64,000 bases of DNA from Camelus ferus (lineage: Eukaryota): assembly GCF_009834535.1 (NCBI RefSeq), contig NC_045696.1, positions 31,684,001-31,748,000 of the forward strand, written 5' to 3'. Below are positions 26,977-39,616 of this stretch, piece after piece. The notes beneath the pieces are model-generated. The model made no database searches. It was not told the origin of the DNA and saw nothing but the letters and a program-made list of their open reading frames with translations. Numbering within the stretch: position 1 is the stretch's first letter; each line of letters begins with the position of its first letter. The translations under genes and the position numbers were made by a program.

Positions 26977-28330
26977 ATTATTATTCAGAGGAAAAGAAAG
27001 ACAAGGGGGAGTAGCCACAAGAAAATCTTAGTATTTTAATTGCATGTGTGGTTAATTTACAGTTAATATGACTGTTGATACAACTGGGTTCATTTTCACA
27101 ATATTGCTATTTGTGCTATATTTGATCTACTGTTATTACTGTTTTTCTGAGGACTTGCCTTTTTATGATTAATTGTGTATTTTACAATTATTTATTTTTC
27201 TCTATACTAAATTTTATATTTCCATTTTTACTTTTTACTCATGGTTATCTTAGAGATTACAAATTGCATCCTTGAATTAGATTACAAATTGCATCCTTGA
27301 ATTATTTCATACAAACGGTCATTTTCACCATTGTAGAACCTTGGAACATTTTAAACTTATTTACCAGTTCTTAACTTTTTTCCTTCCATCTTGTGGTTTT
27401 TAATTCTATATATTCTTCAACCCTCACAGGTCACTGTTATTTTTATTTTACTGATGAATTTTTATTTATAATTATAGTAATATTTGCTCTTTGTAGTTTC
27501 ATTCCTTCTTTGCTTGAAAAACTTCGTATTTAGTATTTCATTTAGTATGTGCTTGTTAATGGTAAATTCCCTCATTCCTTCTTCTCTAAAAATACCTTTA
27601 CTTCCTTTCATTGTTGAATGACACATTCACTTATTTGATTTCAGCTCTCTGATGAAGGTATTCCATTTACTGTGATTTCCATAGATTACATTAAGAATCA
27701 TCTTTAAATCCAATTGTTGCTCCTTGAACAGGAATGTGTCTTTTTCTTTCTTTCTTTCTTTTCTTTTTGGGGGTGGGTCTGGCTTCTTTTAAGGTTTTTG
27801 TTTGTTTGTTTGTTCGTTTTTGCTTTGACAGAACAATTCTTTTATAGGTATTATAGCCTTAGGTATGACTTTCTTTTAATTAATATTGCATAGGGTTTAT
27901 ACATCTTTACTATAGTTAGCCTCCTATTCACTCATGTTCATAATTTTAAGTGTCTTGAGAAATTGGTTTTGGGTCTGAAGACCATTACATCATTATAATT
28001 TTTCCCTTCCATTCTAAAATACCACCAAAAAATACTGCTTGTTTCTCTGTCCACCAAGAGATAACCTCTGCCTGAGGAAAGCCCAGATTTTTAGTGCCTT
28101 GTTTTGGTCCCTGAATCAAAAAATGCTTCAGAGAAAAATGCAGCTTTCAACTATCTGTTTATATTCCTGTGTTCCCCACCTCTCCAGAATCATCATCCTT
28201 ATAATAATAATTGCTGTAGTAGCTCTATGATGCCTGCCCTGAAGAATATGCAGTTTTATATTTCTAGCTTTTCTAGTTATTAAGAGTACTAATCAGTCAC
28301 AAGCTTCTTCATCTGAAAGATACACACAGA
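26977..28330 (-). mobile_element. Ancient L1ME/HAL1-like relic (spacer/ORF1 region)
   Basis: TTAGTATTTCATTTAGTATGTGCTTGTTAATGGTAAATTCCCTCA...AAAATACCTTTACTTC antisense ORF1 landmark. Confidence 0.55.
27254..27303. repeat. Perfect 25-bp tandem duplication
   Basis: AGATTACAAATTGCATCCTTGAATT x2. Confidence 0.97.
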
Positions 28331-28949
28331 TTCTTCCTGTTTTTCCTAAACATTCAGACTCACAACTCTACCATCAGCCACACATTCAACCACTTTACTT
28401 AGAAGGATATTGGCAGGAAAAACAGCATTCTAACAGGACATTGTTAAGAGATCTTATTTCAACAGCAAGAGTCCTTGAAGCAGCTCAAATGCAGATATCC
28501 ACATGCAAGCACAAGGGTTCCTTGACTTAAATGTCACTGATCGAAAAGTCTTGCGCTCCACAGAAGTCAGTATCTCTTGTAATAAATCCACGAATCTAAC
28601 TTTCAGTGTCTCTACAAGTTATATGCTATTTATAAGAACAGAGTGTATGCCATTTCATGAGGTATTTATATTTCATTTACAGATCCTCCCAGACTAGATG
28701 TGATTTATGATTAGGGATTATTTATATTATAAGCAATGTTGCTTAGTAATATTTTTGACATATGACATCTAATCATGTTACCAGGAAAATAGAGAAGAAG
28801 TATTTAATCAAGGATTAGATTTTCATAAAGCAGAGGGAAGGGACATAGCATTCTAATCAGAAGTATAATTCGATAATGGACTTTCGTGCCAGTTTATATA
28901 TTTTAAAATGAGACAAAGCCAGTATTATTCATGAATGTTATAGCTCCAT

Positions 28950-29790
28950 GTTAATTCTTTCATACTGTTTTACTATTTAGATTTTCAGTATTTTCACTAT
29001 ATTCTTTTTGTTTGTTTCCTGAAATATTGCTGTATTGCTCTGGTTTCTCTTTTATCCTTTTTGCTTTTCTCTAATTAATTGGTAGTTATCTAACCTGATT
29101 ATTATTATTTTTATGACTCTCACTTAAAAATACATATCTTATTGTCTTAAAGTTTATCAACATCAATATTCTTTTTTAATATAGAAATTTGAAAAACTAT
29201 AAGAATTTAAAATTATAGCATTTAAAATTATAAACTATATAAAACTATAAATTTATATAAAGCATTTAAAACAATAAACATCCTGTAATTATGGCTTTAG
29301 CTGAATTCCAAATGTTTAGATATGGCATATTTTTATTATTCAGTTCTATATATATATATATATATATATATATTCTAATTTCCACTATAATTTCTTCTTT
29401 TACACATCCTGTGGATTATTTAGAAGCATATTGTTTAATATTTAAACATGGACACTTTCTACCTATAATTTTGTTATTGGATTTTAATAAAATCTACTTT
29501 GATAAGAAACATTCTGTACTATTCCCACTAACTGATATTTTGATCAGTTTAGCTCTAGGGCCAATAATAAGATCATTATTGATAATCCATGGACAATTAA
29601 AAAGAATGTATATTATGCAGTTATTAAATAAAGTGGTCAATACATAATTTATGTCAATATTTTAATATCATATATATATGTGTGTGTATATATATATATA
29701 TATCCCTAACTGATTTGATTCTTTATATTTATATTACAAGTTACTAAAAGAGTTATGTTTAAAAAATTTAACAGTGATTTTGGATTTGCT
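28950..29790 (-). mobile_element. Ancient L1M ORF2 (endonuclease region) relic with (TA)n tracts
   Basis: GCTTTAGCTGAATTCCAAATGTTTAGATATG, TTATTTAGAAGCATATTGTTTAAT, TTAAAAAGAATGTATATT. Confidence 0.65.
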
Positions 29791-30985
29791 ATTTTTTCTT
29801 TTTAGTCTCCAGGGAAGCTGAGATAGCATAGTGAGTACTGAAGGAGAAGAAACAATTCTTGGCAGAGAAATACAAAAGAAGTTGACAACATGCCCTGAAT
29901 GTATATCTAGAGTTTGCCTATCCAATTCAGACTCTAGCTATAGAAAGGGAAAACAATAGTTCAGGTGAAATTTGGAATTTATTGTTTTAATATATTGGAA
30001 TAGATATATTAATTACTGAAATAAAGCAGTTTTTTAAACTAGAAATTGCAGAAGGAATTTTTATTTCATAAGACTTACCAGAAAATTCATAAATCTTGTT
30101 CTATTTTTAGCCAAGAGGTAGGAAATAATTAGCCCCCAGAAAATCATAGACTTATATATGCAGTAGAGGTTATGTAACAAAGTTACTCAGCTTGTTTGGT
30201 ATAGCTTTCACCTGGCTAAATCTGGTGTACATCTCTATCATCACCCTATTCAAACTTTCCTGGCATAGAATGAGTATGCAATTTTAGATTGGTAATTTAA
30301 TTGGTAATCTTGGATTACAGAATGTCATATTCTCTTGTTTTTCTCCCTACTACTCTAGCCTTGTTTTCTCCCTACCACTTTTTATCCTTTACCAAAAAGC
30401 TTCTTGAGGATAGTAACACTGTTTTCTTGTTTAGTATTGCAATTTCAGTGCCTATGGTATGTCTGGCAGAAAATACTGATTACATATGTTCTGAAACATG
30501 TCCTTAGTGGCAGGCTAACTACTAGAGTACTTCAAACTTAAGTGATGAATGATATTCTCTACTCATTTACATCTTTATCCTAGGTGAGTGAAACCTTATG
30601 AGGCTATAGAATACCATGCATATGTTGATTTTCTTGTAACTGAAATTCTTCTAATAGCATAACTGGGACTGAGCATCTTAACTTTAGCATTGTATGATGG
30701 CCCTTAGCCATCTGGACTTGGTTCCCTATGATGTAAGAGAAAACTGATTGTAGATACCCATGAAGAGCTCATAATTGCACAGTAGCAAGGTAATTGCATA
30801 TATGACATATCATCATTAATAAATATCCTATGAACAATGTAGCAAGCTTATACTTTTGGCTATATAGGTAACTGAACCATAAACTCAAATGTAATTCAAC
30901 TGATTTGCTATTTTTTTTAAAACTTTGTGATTTGAAATGCTATTTTGAGTATTCTAATTTGAAATCTATGTATAATTTGAAATGC

Positions 30986-31022
30986 CATTCAAATTAGAAA
31001 AATTCAAATTCTAATTTGAATG
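30986..31022. repeat. Perfect 14-bp inverted repeat with 9-nt spacer
   Basis: CATTCAAATTAGAA (30986-30999) / TTCTAATTTGAATG (31009-31022). Confidence 0.9.
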
Positions 31023-32194
31023 CTAGTTCTAATTTTAAATTCAATTTTAGTTTAAATATTTTTATCTACTCTTATTTTTTCTTCTTCTCAACTAGTGTTA
31101 CCAGTATTTCCTATTAGAGAAATATGGGATCTCTTTTCTCTTTTACATAAAATAGTTATATATGCTCAGTGATCATTATTTTCATTTTCCTCAGAAGCCT
31201 AAAAAAATGTTCCTGAGCTAATTGATTAAATGTCCAAAACAGTTTTATGCTTTATTAAATAGGCTTCATAACTCTTTACTCAAAAATTTTACTTCAGAAT
31301 GTAGTCTTGTATTTTCAAAATGATTCCTATAAAACTAAATCTTTTTGAAAGTCTCTCTGCTGTTGTCCTCCCTCCTATTTTTTCTGCTTTTTAAAGAGGA
31401 CAAGATTACTCTTCTGGTATTAGGTATTATCAGGGATAATGTGAAATGCTCTTCAAATGTTTTCCTCTCAACTATAAGGGTAAAGTTCATATTTTCTACA
31501 GAGTTGTACTTTTCTAGATCATAGGACACTTGGCTGCGGGTCTGTGCGGTGGACCATGGGGAAAAAAATGTTTATTGTTTTTGTGGACAACTAAGTCTAT
31601 TGAAGACATTAGCTGTTGTCTCTTCAAATTAAAGGGATGAGTTGAGGTTAGCTTTCTATATACTGTTTCCTCTTCTCTCGATTTTATTTCTTGCTTCTTG
31701 ATCGTTACAAGTGTTTGTTCTACCTAAGTCTCTTGAGAAATGAAAATTCCACTAAGTATATTAGGGCAATGCCAGCCCTGCTGAGCAATTTTGTTTTGCT
31801 TCTCTTTGTATTTTTTGTGACGACCAACATTTAACTGTGGTTTTACACTCCCTTCTCTGCCTGTATCTTGGAAGAATAAGATAATAAAACTTACTTTACA
31901 TAACATATTATACATAATAAAAGAAAACTGATGCTGGATATTCTTACAAAATATACCTGGTTCAAGGCACCAACAGAGTAATAGAAGGGTTTTTGGTTTA
32001 TCCTCGCCCATTATTTCTACTTTCACTCCATATACCTCCTGCTGCAAGTGTGTTAGTTTCCTGGATTCAGCTAGAAAATCTCTTTACAAATAAATTCTTC
32101 CTTTGTTTTTTGTTATATGATTGGCAACAAGCACTTAACCTCAACTATGTCCAAATCTAATAATGTTTGTTAGCTGTTCATGACTAATGTAAAA

Positions 32195-32305
32195 ATTAAT
32201 AAACACATATACACTACTATATATAAAACAAACAAGAACCTACTGTATAACATAGGGAATAATATTCATTATCTTGTGACAACTTATAATGGAAAAAATC
32301 TGAAA

Positions 32306-32340
<35 letters not shown>

Positions 32341-32459
32341 AAACTGAATCACTTTGCTTATACCTGAAACTAACACAACACTGTAAATCAACTACACTTC
32401 AAAAAAAAAGAAAAAAACAAAAACAAAAACCTGCCACCTACCAACTGAAAAAAAAAAAA
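32195..32459 (+). mobile_element. LINE-1 3' UTR fragment with two A-tails
   Basis: Matches the tail of the L1 at 26765-26960. A-rich tail 32401-32429, then CCTGCCACCTACCAACTG, then A12. Confidence 0.9.
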
Positions 32460-32552
32460 GTGATGCTTTGATGCACTGTTGAGGTATTTTGAACAAAGCA
32501 CATTTGGTATATAAAAATCCACACTAGCTATACATTTCATCTGTGTCAATAC

Positions 32553-32900
32553 TTTTGGATAAAATAAAATAAAATAAAACAGAAACCTCAACTAAATAGA
32601 GTTTGGAGGCCAGAAGAGGGAGCTCTCATGCCCTGTGACCACAGCAGAACCAACAAGAAAAAGCAAGGCTCCTTTCCTAGCAAGGACTCAGACAACGAAA
32701 AGCCATGGCCTCTTTGTTTACTATGGACCTCCCAACTTCTTTTTCCTCTCTATAAAAGCTGTTCTCTTTCTCTTGTCATGAGGGGGTCTTGCACATAACT
32801 CACCATAGATGCTGACCCTGAATTAAAAATCTCTGCTGATTTCAAATAAACCCATCTTTGCTGGAGAAACATCTGGCAGTTTACTTGTTTTAGGTCAATA
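32553..32900 (+). mobile_element. Solo LTR, ERV1-like
   Basis: TATA box CTATAAAAG (about 32750), AATAAA (about 32845), terminus ...GTTTTAGGTCAATA. About 350 bp and GC-richer than flanks. Confidence 0.7.
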
Positions 32901-33655
32901 CTATCCAATTCCACAAAATTATTTTTATAAAGATTTGAACGTTGTAGCATTATTTTGTGAGGGAGGGAGTTTAATATTTGGGCAAATTCTCTTTTGAGGT
33001 CACACCTGTTAGAAAGTAGGCATCAGTAATAAAAAAAAATGTATTTTCTTATTTGCTATGTCATGAGCTCACATGTCTACTTAATTTAAAAGATAAATCA
33101 TATTATCAAAGTTTAAGTTCAGTTGGTATGGTCTTGAAACTGAAATTCAGCATTGTCTTGAACAAACAAACAAAGTGTAATCTGATTCTTCTAGAGACTT
33201 ATCTTGTTGATCTCACCTGAAACAAAGCACTTCTGGTGTTATCTTGCCCCATCAGTAAGCCAAAGAGGTGAAAAAAACACTAACTACAATAGAAAGGCTT
33301 ATTCTTTTTTTGTGTGTCAATTTCCAAAACTCATATTCATGTCACTGTAAAATATATATAGATATATACATATATGTGTATATATATATATATATATACT
33401 TTATTGTCCCCTACTACTTAGCCTCATTTCTCCCACATAGAACACTGTCAGTTTTTATTGTCAGCTATTATATTTTCTCTATGGGACAGTGCATAACAGC
33501 TTCCATTAAACTCCACACCTCCACTGCATCTATATATGTTACATATGTCTGTATGTTTGTATCTGGCTAACCATTGTATCCTTTGTAATATAAATTGTAC
33601 CTGGCATGGGCTAGGTACTCAGTTAAAATTTTTAAAGAAATTACTAAATAAACAT

Positions 33656-34029
33656 TGTTATGGGCTAAATGTTTTTGTCCCCCCAAATTTATATATTGAA
33701 ATTCTAACCCCAAAATGATAATATTTAGAGGTGTGGGCCTTAGGAGTTATTTAGGTTTAATGAAATTGTGGAGGTGGTGGCCTCATGAGAAAATTAGTGC
33801 TTTAAAAGAAGAAGAAACAGGGTAGCTCTTTTTCTCTCCAGTTCTACACACTGAGGAAAGAACATAAGAGTAAACAGGAAAAAGATCACCATATGCAAGC
33901 CAGAAAATAGGTCCTCTCTAAGAACCAAATATGTCGGCACCTTGACTTTGGACTTCCAGTCTCCAGAACTGTAAGAATTGGATGTTTCTGTATAAGCCAT
34001 CAAGTCTATAACCCAAGCAGATTAAGACA
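33656..34029 (+). mobile_element. MaLR solo LTR (MLT1A-like)
   Basis: TGTTATGGGCTAAATGT...GGCACCTTGACTTTGGACTTCCAGTCTCCAGAACTGT...TAAGACA with perfect 5-bp TSD AACAT (33651-33655/34030-34034). Confidence 0.93.
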
Positions 34030-34169
34030 AACATTAAAATATTTTTAGAGTAAAAATAATATGCAGTCTGTATTAATATCATATCCCTCAAGTAGACAAG
34101 TGACTCAGAAATCTAGCACATTAAAAATTACATTGGAAAATTATGTGGGAACCTTTTAAGATTCATCTT

Positions 34170-34847
34170 ATGCTTTCCCTTCTGGTAAAAGTATAATAGC
34201 TTTTTTCAGACCAATCTTCCTACAAAGTAAAAAAGTTGCATAATGTATAAAAAAAAAATGTGTTAGAAGACAGAGGAGCTTAAAAGCAGCAAGTACTCGA
34301 CAGCTCAAGATCCTTCAGAGAAAAAGCCCAGAGAGTAAACAAAGCATTTGGCAACACTTTTTTCTTTGAAACTTTGCCAAGTCAAAAGAGGTCTTAAGAA
34401 ACTGAGAGTGTAAATAAATCTTCCCTTCACTCAAGGATAGATGAAGAGTTTGGTAGCTTCTTGTGCACAAATGAGAAATAGAACTGGTAAATGCCCAAGA
34501 TTTTTGGTAGAACTTTCCAAGGCTATATGCTGTAGGAGTAAGCCACAACCTGAAATAAGCCAGTTCAAACAAAGACTAAACAGAGATTCAAACTGGCTCA
34601 ATCACTGATTTGACTAAGTCACTCTGCTCTTGTATTTCTTTCCTACAAGAAGCAAAAGAAATGCTCCCTGTAGGAAGATAACATGATCAGTAACTTCCAA
34701 TTTTCCTCAACTCCCTGCTAGAAAAACAAAAAGATATCTCTTGGCTCTTCACCATGAGAACCTAGTAGGAATCCTGGAAATAAAACCTATGAAAATGCAG
34801 GGATACCCAATGTAGTAGTTCCCAGGTTTCTCATTCTAATAGTACTT
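34170..34847 (+). mobile_element. Old L1M/HAL1-like 5' region fragments
   Basis: CAGACCAATCTTCCTAC...AAAGTTGCATAA and GCTCTTCACCATGAGAACCTAGTAGGAATCCTGG resemble old L1 5' UTRs. Confidence 0.45.
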
Positions 34848-37065
34848 AGATTATAATGGAATTAAAATTGAAGTCAGTATTGATTTAAAATGGCTGAAAA
34901 TTGCCCAAATATTTGGAGATTAAATTACACATTTCTAAATAATAAATGGATTAAAGAAAAAGTCTCAGTAGAAGCTTAGAATACATTTTTGATAAGGGAA
35001 AATGAAAACATAAATTATCAAAATTTGTTGGATACCATGCTTAGAGTAAAATTTATAATATTAAATACATATGTTAGAAAAGAAGAGCAACCTAAAATCA
35101 ATACCTTAGGAAACTAGACAAAGAGCAACATAATCTTCAAATAAGGAAAGGAAAAGAAATGATAAAAATGAGAGCAGAAATCAATAAAATTGAAAACAGA
35201 AAATAACAGAGAAAATTAATGAAACCAACAATTTATTTTTGAAAAGATCAATAAAACTGATAAATCTCAGCCAAATAACAAAGAATATCAGTGAAAACAC
35301 AAATTACTAATAGCAGAAATGAAATAGGGATCATTAGTATAGATCCCATGGACTTTAATATGAGAATAAAGAATGCTATGGACAATCTTAAGATCACAAA
35401 TTTCATAGCTTAGGTGAAATAAACCAATAACTTGAAAGACCTAAACTACCTAAACACACACAGGAGAAATAAGTAATATAAATATGCCTGTATCTATTTT
35501 AAAAATTAAATTGATAGTAAAATCCCCAAAGAGAAAGCATCAGGCCCAAATAGTATTACTAGTGAATTCTACCAAACATTTAAGGAATAAATTATATCAA
35601 TTCTTTAGAATCTCTTCCAGAATATAGACATAGAAGGAACACTCCTTGGCTTATTCCATAAGATCAACATTATCCTAATACTCAAATCAAATAAAGACAT
35701 TACTAGTAAGGAAAACTATAGACCAATATATTTCATGAACATTCTTGCAAAATTCTCAGTAAATTATTAGCAAATAAAATCCAATAATGTATACAAATTA
35801 TACACCATGGCCAAGTAAGATTATTCAAGATATGCAAGACTGGTTCAACATTGACAAGGCAATTAATTTAATCCGTACCACTGATCAGAGAAGAAAACTC
35901 ATGTGATCATGTCAATTAACTCAGAGAAAATAACTGACAAAACTCAACACCCATACTTGGTAAAAACTCTCAGAGAATTAGAAATAGAAGTAACCTTCTT
36001 TAACCTGAAAAAGAATGTCTACAAAATCTACACCTAGCCTCCTATTTAATGGTGAGAAACTGAATGCTTTTCTTCTATGTTGGGAACAAGAAAACAATGC
36101 ACTCTTATTCAATATGGTACTAGAAGACATAGTTAGTGCAATACACAAAATAAAAAGAAAATACAGGTATAAGATTGGGAAAGAAGAATTAGAACAATCT
36201 TTGCCGATGATACTAAGTCATCTAGAAAACTTCAAAGAAGTGAAAAAACATCTTGGAAATAACAAGTGATTATAGAAGGTTGCAGGATACAAGGTTAATA
36301 TACAATAATATAGTTGCTTTGTTATACAGTAGCAATGAACAGTAGGAACTTAAAATTAAAATCATCATACCACTTATAATAATACTCAAAGAAGGAAATA
36401 TTAGGTGAGTATCTAACAAAATATGTTCAGGATCAATATTGAAAATGTACAAAGCTCTGATGAAAAGAGTCAAAGACAACTTAAACAAATGATGATATGT
36501 CATGTTCATGAATTAAAACACTTAATATTGTTAGAATGTCCATTATTCCCAACTTGACCTATAAATTCTACACGATCCATACAAGATCCTAGCAAGTTAT
36601 TTTTGTAAATATTAACAAATGGATTCTAAAGTTTATACGGAAGGTAAAAGATCCATAAGAGCAAATACAATATTGAAAAAGAAAAAGTTGAAGAATTGAT
36701 GCTACTTGACTTTAATACTTACTATAAAGGTACAATATTCAAGATAGCATGGGGGATGGGTATAGCTTAAGTGGTAGAGCTCATGCTTAGCACACACAAG
36801 GTCCTGGGTTCAATCTCCAGTATCTCCATTAAAAAAAAAAAGTAAATAAAATTAAAAAAAAAAAAAACAAGACAGCATGGTATTCGTGAAAAAAAAATCA
36901 ATAGAGAAAGGACAGTCGTTTAAACAAATGAAATTTGAATATTTGGATGTCCATATTAAACAATGCATCTGGACACATAATATATAAATTATAACTCAAA
37001 ATATATTATCAACCTAAATACAAAATCCAAAAGTATAAAATTTCTAAAAGATAGCCTAGAGCAAA
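34848..37065 (+). mobile_element. Old LINE-1 ORF2 (L1MC/MD-like), first segment
   Basis: Endonuclease end to post-RT region, including LLFNGEKLNAFLL and LLFNMVLE in ORF 36015-36269. Confidence 0.9.
36751..36867 (+). mobile_element. tRNA-derived SINE (tRNA-Ala-like, camelid vic-1 type)
   Basis: GGGGGATGGGTATAGCTTAAGTGGTAGAGC (A box)...GGTTCAATC (B box)...CCA + poly(A). TSD CAAGATAGCATGG (36740-36752)/CAAGACAGCATGG (36868-36880). Confidence 0.9.
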
Positions 37066-37069
37066 CTCA

Positions 37070-39155
37070 GGGCTTTGTTTACAGACTACATGACTGTCTA
37101 AGTAGAAAATATGAAAGAATCTGTAAAAAAAAAACAACTGGAACTAATAAACGATTATAGCAAGATTACAGAAAACAGGGTTAGTATAAAAGTCAATTGC
37201 TTTCTTATATAATAGCAATGAATAAGTGAAATTTGATATTATAAATTCATTACCATTTACGTTAGCACTTACAAAATTAAATACTTAAGAATAAATCTAA
37301 CAAAATGTGTACAGAATCTATACGATGAAAACAACAAAATTCTGATGAATGAAATTGAAGAACTAAATAAATGGAGATATATCCTATGTTCATGGATAGG
37401 AAGACTCAACACAGTCCAGATGTCAATTCTTCTCAACTTGATCTATAGATTCAATGAAATTCCAAATAAAATCCCAGTAAGTTATTTTGAAACTGATTCT
37501 AAAATTTATATGGAGAGGCTAAAACCATAGAAAAGCCAACATAATATTAAAGGAAGAGAACAAATTTGGAAGACTACATGAATTGAAGACTTACTATACA
37601 GCAAAAGCATTAAAACAGTGTGGTATTGGTGAAAGAATAGACACACAGATCAGTGAAACAGAATAGAGAGCTCAGAACAGACCTCACATAAATAAATATA
37701 GTTAATGGATCCTTGAAAAAGGACAAAAGCAATACAGTGGAGCAGAAATACTCTTTTCAACAAACAGTGCTAGAACCAACAGTGCTGGTAATCCACATGC
37801 AAAAGAATGAAGCTGGACGCAAATTTTACATACTTTGTATGTATGTAAAATGGATCGCAAACATAAATATAAAATGCAAAACTATAAAACTCATAGGATA
37901 TAACATAGAAGAAAACCTAAATGACTTTGAGCATGATTATGACTTCTTAGATTCAACAATGTAGGCACAATCCACGAAAGAAATAATTGGTAAGCTGGAC
38001 TTCATTAAAATTAAAAATTTCTACTCTATGAGAAAGTGTCAAGAGAATGAAAAGACAAGCCACAAACTCTTTGCAAAAGACACATCCAATAAAGAACTGC
38101 TATCCAAAATAAAGAACTTTCAAAACTCAACAAGACAAAAAAATCTGATTAAAAAATGGACCAAAGACCTTAACAGATATCTCAAGAAAGAAGATATACA
38201 GATAGCAAATAAGCACATGAAAAGATCCTCAACATCATACGTCATCAGGAAAAGGCAAATTAAGACAACAATGGGATACTACTTCACACTCCTAGAATGT
38301 CTAGTATCTGAAACACTGACACTGCCAAATGCTGGCAAGGATGTGGAGCAAAAGGAACTCCCACTCATACCTGTTGAGTGGAAGTTTGGGAGACAATTTT
38401 CACTTTGGAAGATAATTTTTCAATTTCTTAGAAAACTAAACATACTCTTACCATATGATCCAGCATTTGTGTTCTTTGTGATATTAACCTCAAAGAGTTG
38501 AAAATGTATGCCCACACAAAAATCTGCACATGCATGTTTAAAGAAAGTTTATTCATAATTGCCAAAACCTGAAAGCAACCAAAATGTCCTTCATAAGGTG
38601 AACAGACAAATAAACTGGTTCATTATTCAGTATGAAAAATAAATGAGTTACAAAGGCATTAGACAACATGGAAGAACCTTATATGCATATTGCTAGCTGA
38701 ATTATGTCAATCTGAAATGGCTACTGACAATATTATTCCAACTATATACCATTCTGAGGGAAGCAAAATTATGGAGATAGTTGTAAAATAATCCGTAGTT
38801 TCCAGAGCTCCAGAGGGAGGGAAGAAGGGATGAATGGGTGAAACTATAGGGATTTTAAGACAATAAAACTATTCTGTATTATACTGTAATAGTAAATACA
38901 TGTCATTATACATTTGTCAAAGCCAACAGAAGTTATAACACAGAGCGTTATAACTTAACCTATGGACTTTAATTAATAATAATGTATCAGTATTGGCTTC
39001 TCAATTGTCACAAATGTGTTACACTAAAATAAGATGTTAATAAAGGGCAAAAAGTTGGGACAGAAAGAAGAGGCTATATGAGAACTCTCTTTACTCTCCA
39101 CATAATATCTCCGTAAATCTGAAAGCGCTCAAAAATAAATTCTATCAATTAAAAA
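37070..39155 (+). mobile_element. Old LINE-1 ORF2 3' half + 3' UTR (L1MC-like), second segment
   Basis: Restarts at the FADD-equivalent TTGTTTACAGACTACATG. LNKWRYILCSWIGRLN, ANKHMKRSSTS. Ends AAATAAATTCTATCAATTAAAAA. Confidence 0.9.
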
Positions 39156-39582
39156 GTGGGATGTGTGCTAGACAAATAGAGTCACATTCAACATAGATAC
39201 AATTTTGCTTTTCAAGGTAAAAATAAAATTTATACAAACAAAAAAGGAGCAGTTCTAAAACAAACTTAACTTAAAAAAAGGCAGTTTTGACCTGAAATAG
39301 TCAGTGGAGTTGTCTATTTGAGTACATGGTGATATAGGAATGAATTTTTGCACGTCACAGCAGGTAGCCAGCAATGATGTGTTCAGACAGAAGTTTTAAG
39401 AGAATAAGAGATAGTAGAGCAAGATATAATATTAGATTATTATAGTATAATAATATTGATTGGTATCTACAGATTTAATTGTCTAGAAATTTTAGCAAAC
39501 ATGAAAAATAATCACCACACAAATCAGTTACAATTCTCATAAAAATATTATGTGATTACATATAAAATTTTAAAAAATCAAG

Positions 39583-39616
39583 CACCCTACCTTTTGTATC
39601 CACCCTACCTTTTGTA
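39583..39616. repeat. Short direct duplication (18-bp period)
   Basis: CACCCTACCTTTTGTA at 39583-39598 and 39601-39616. Confidence 0.95.

Noticed and set aside
36751..36830. Functional tRNA-Ala gene
   Set aside because: Poly(A) tail, TSD, disrupted stems and location inside an L1 indicate a SINE.
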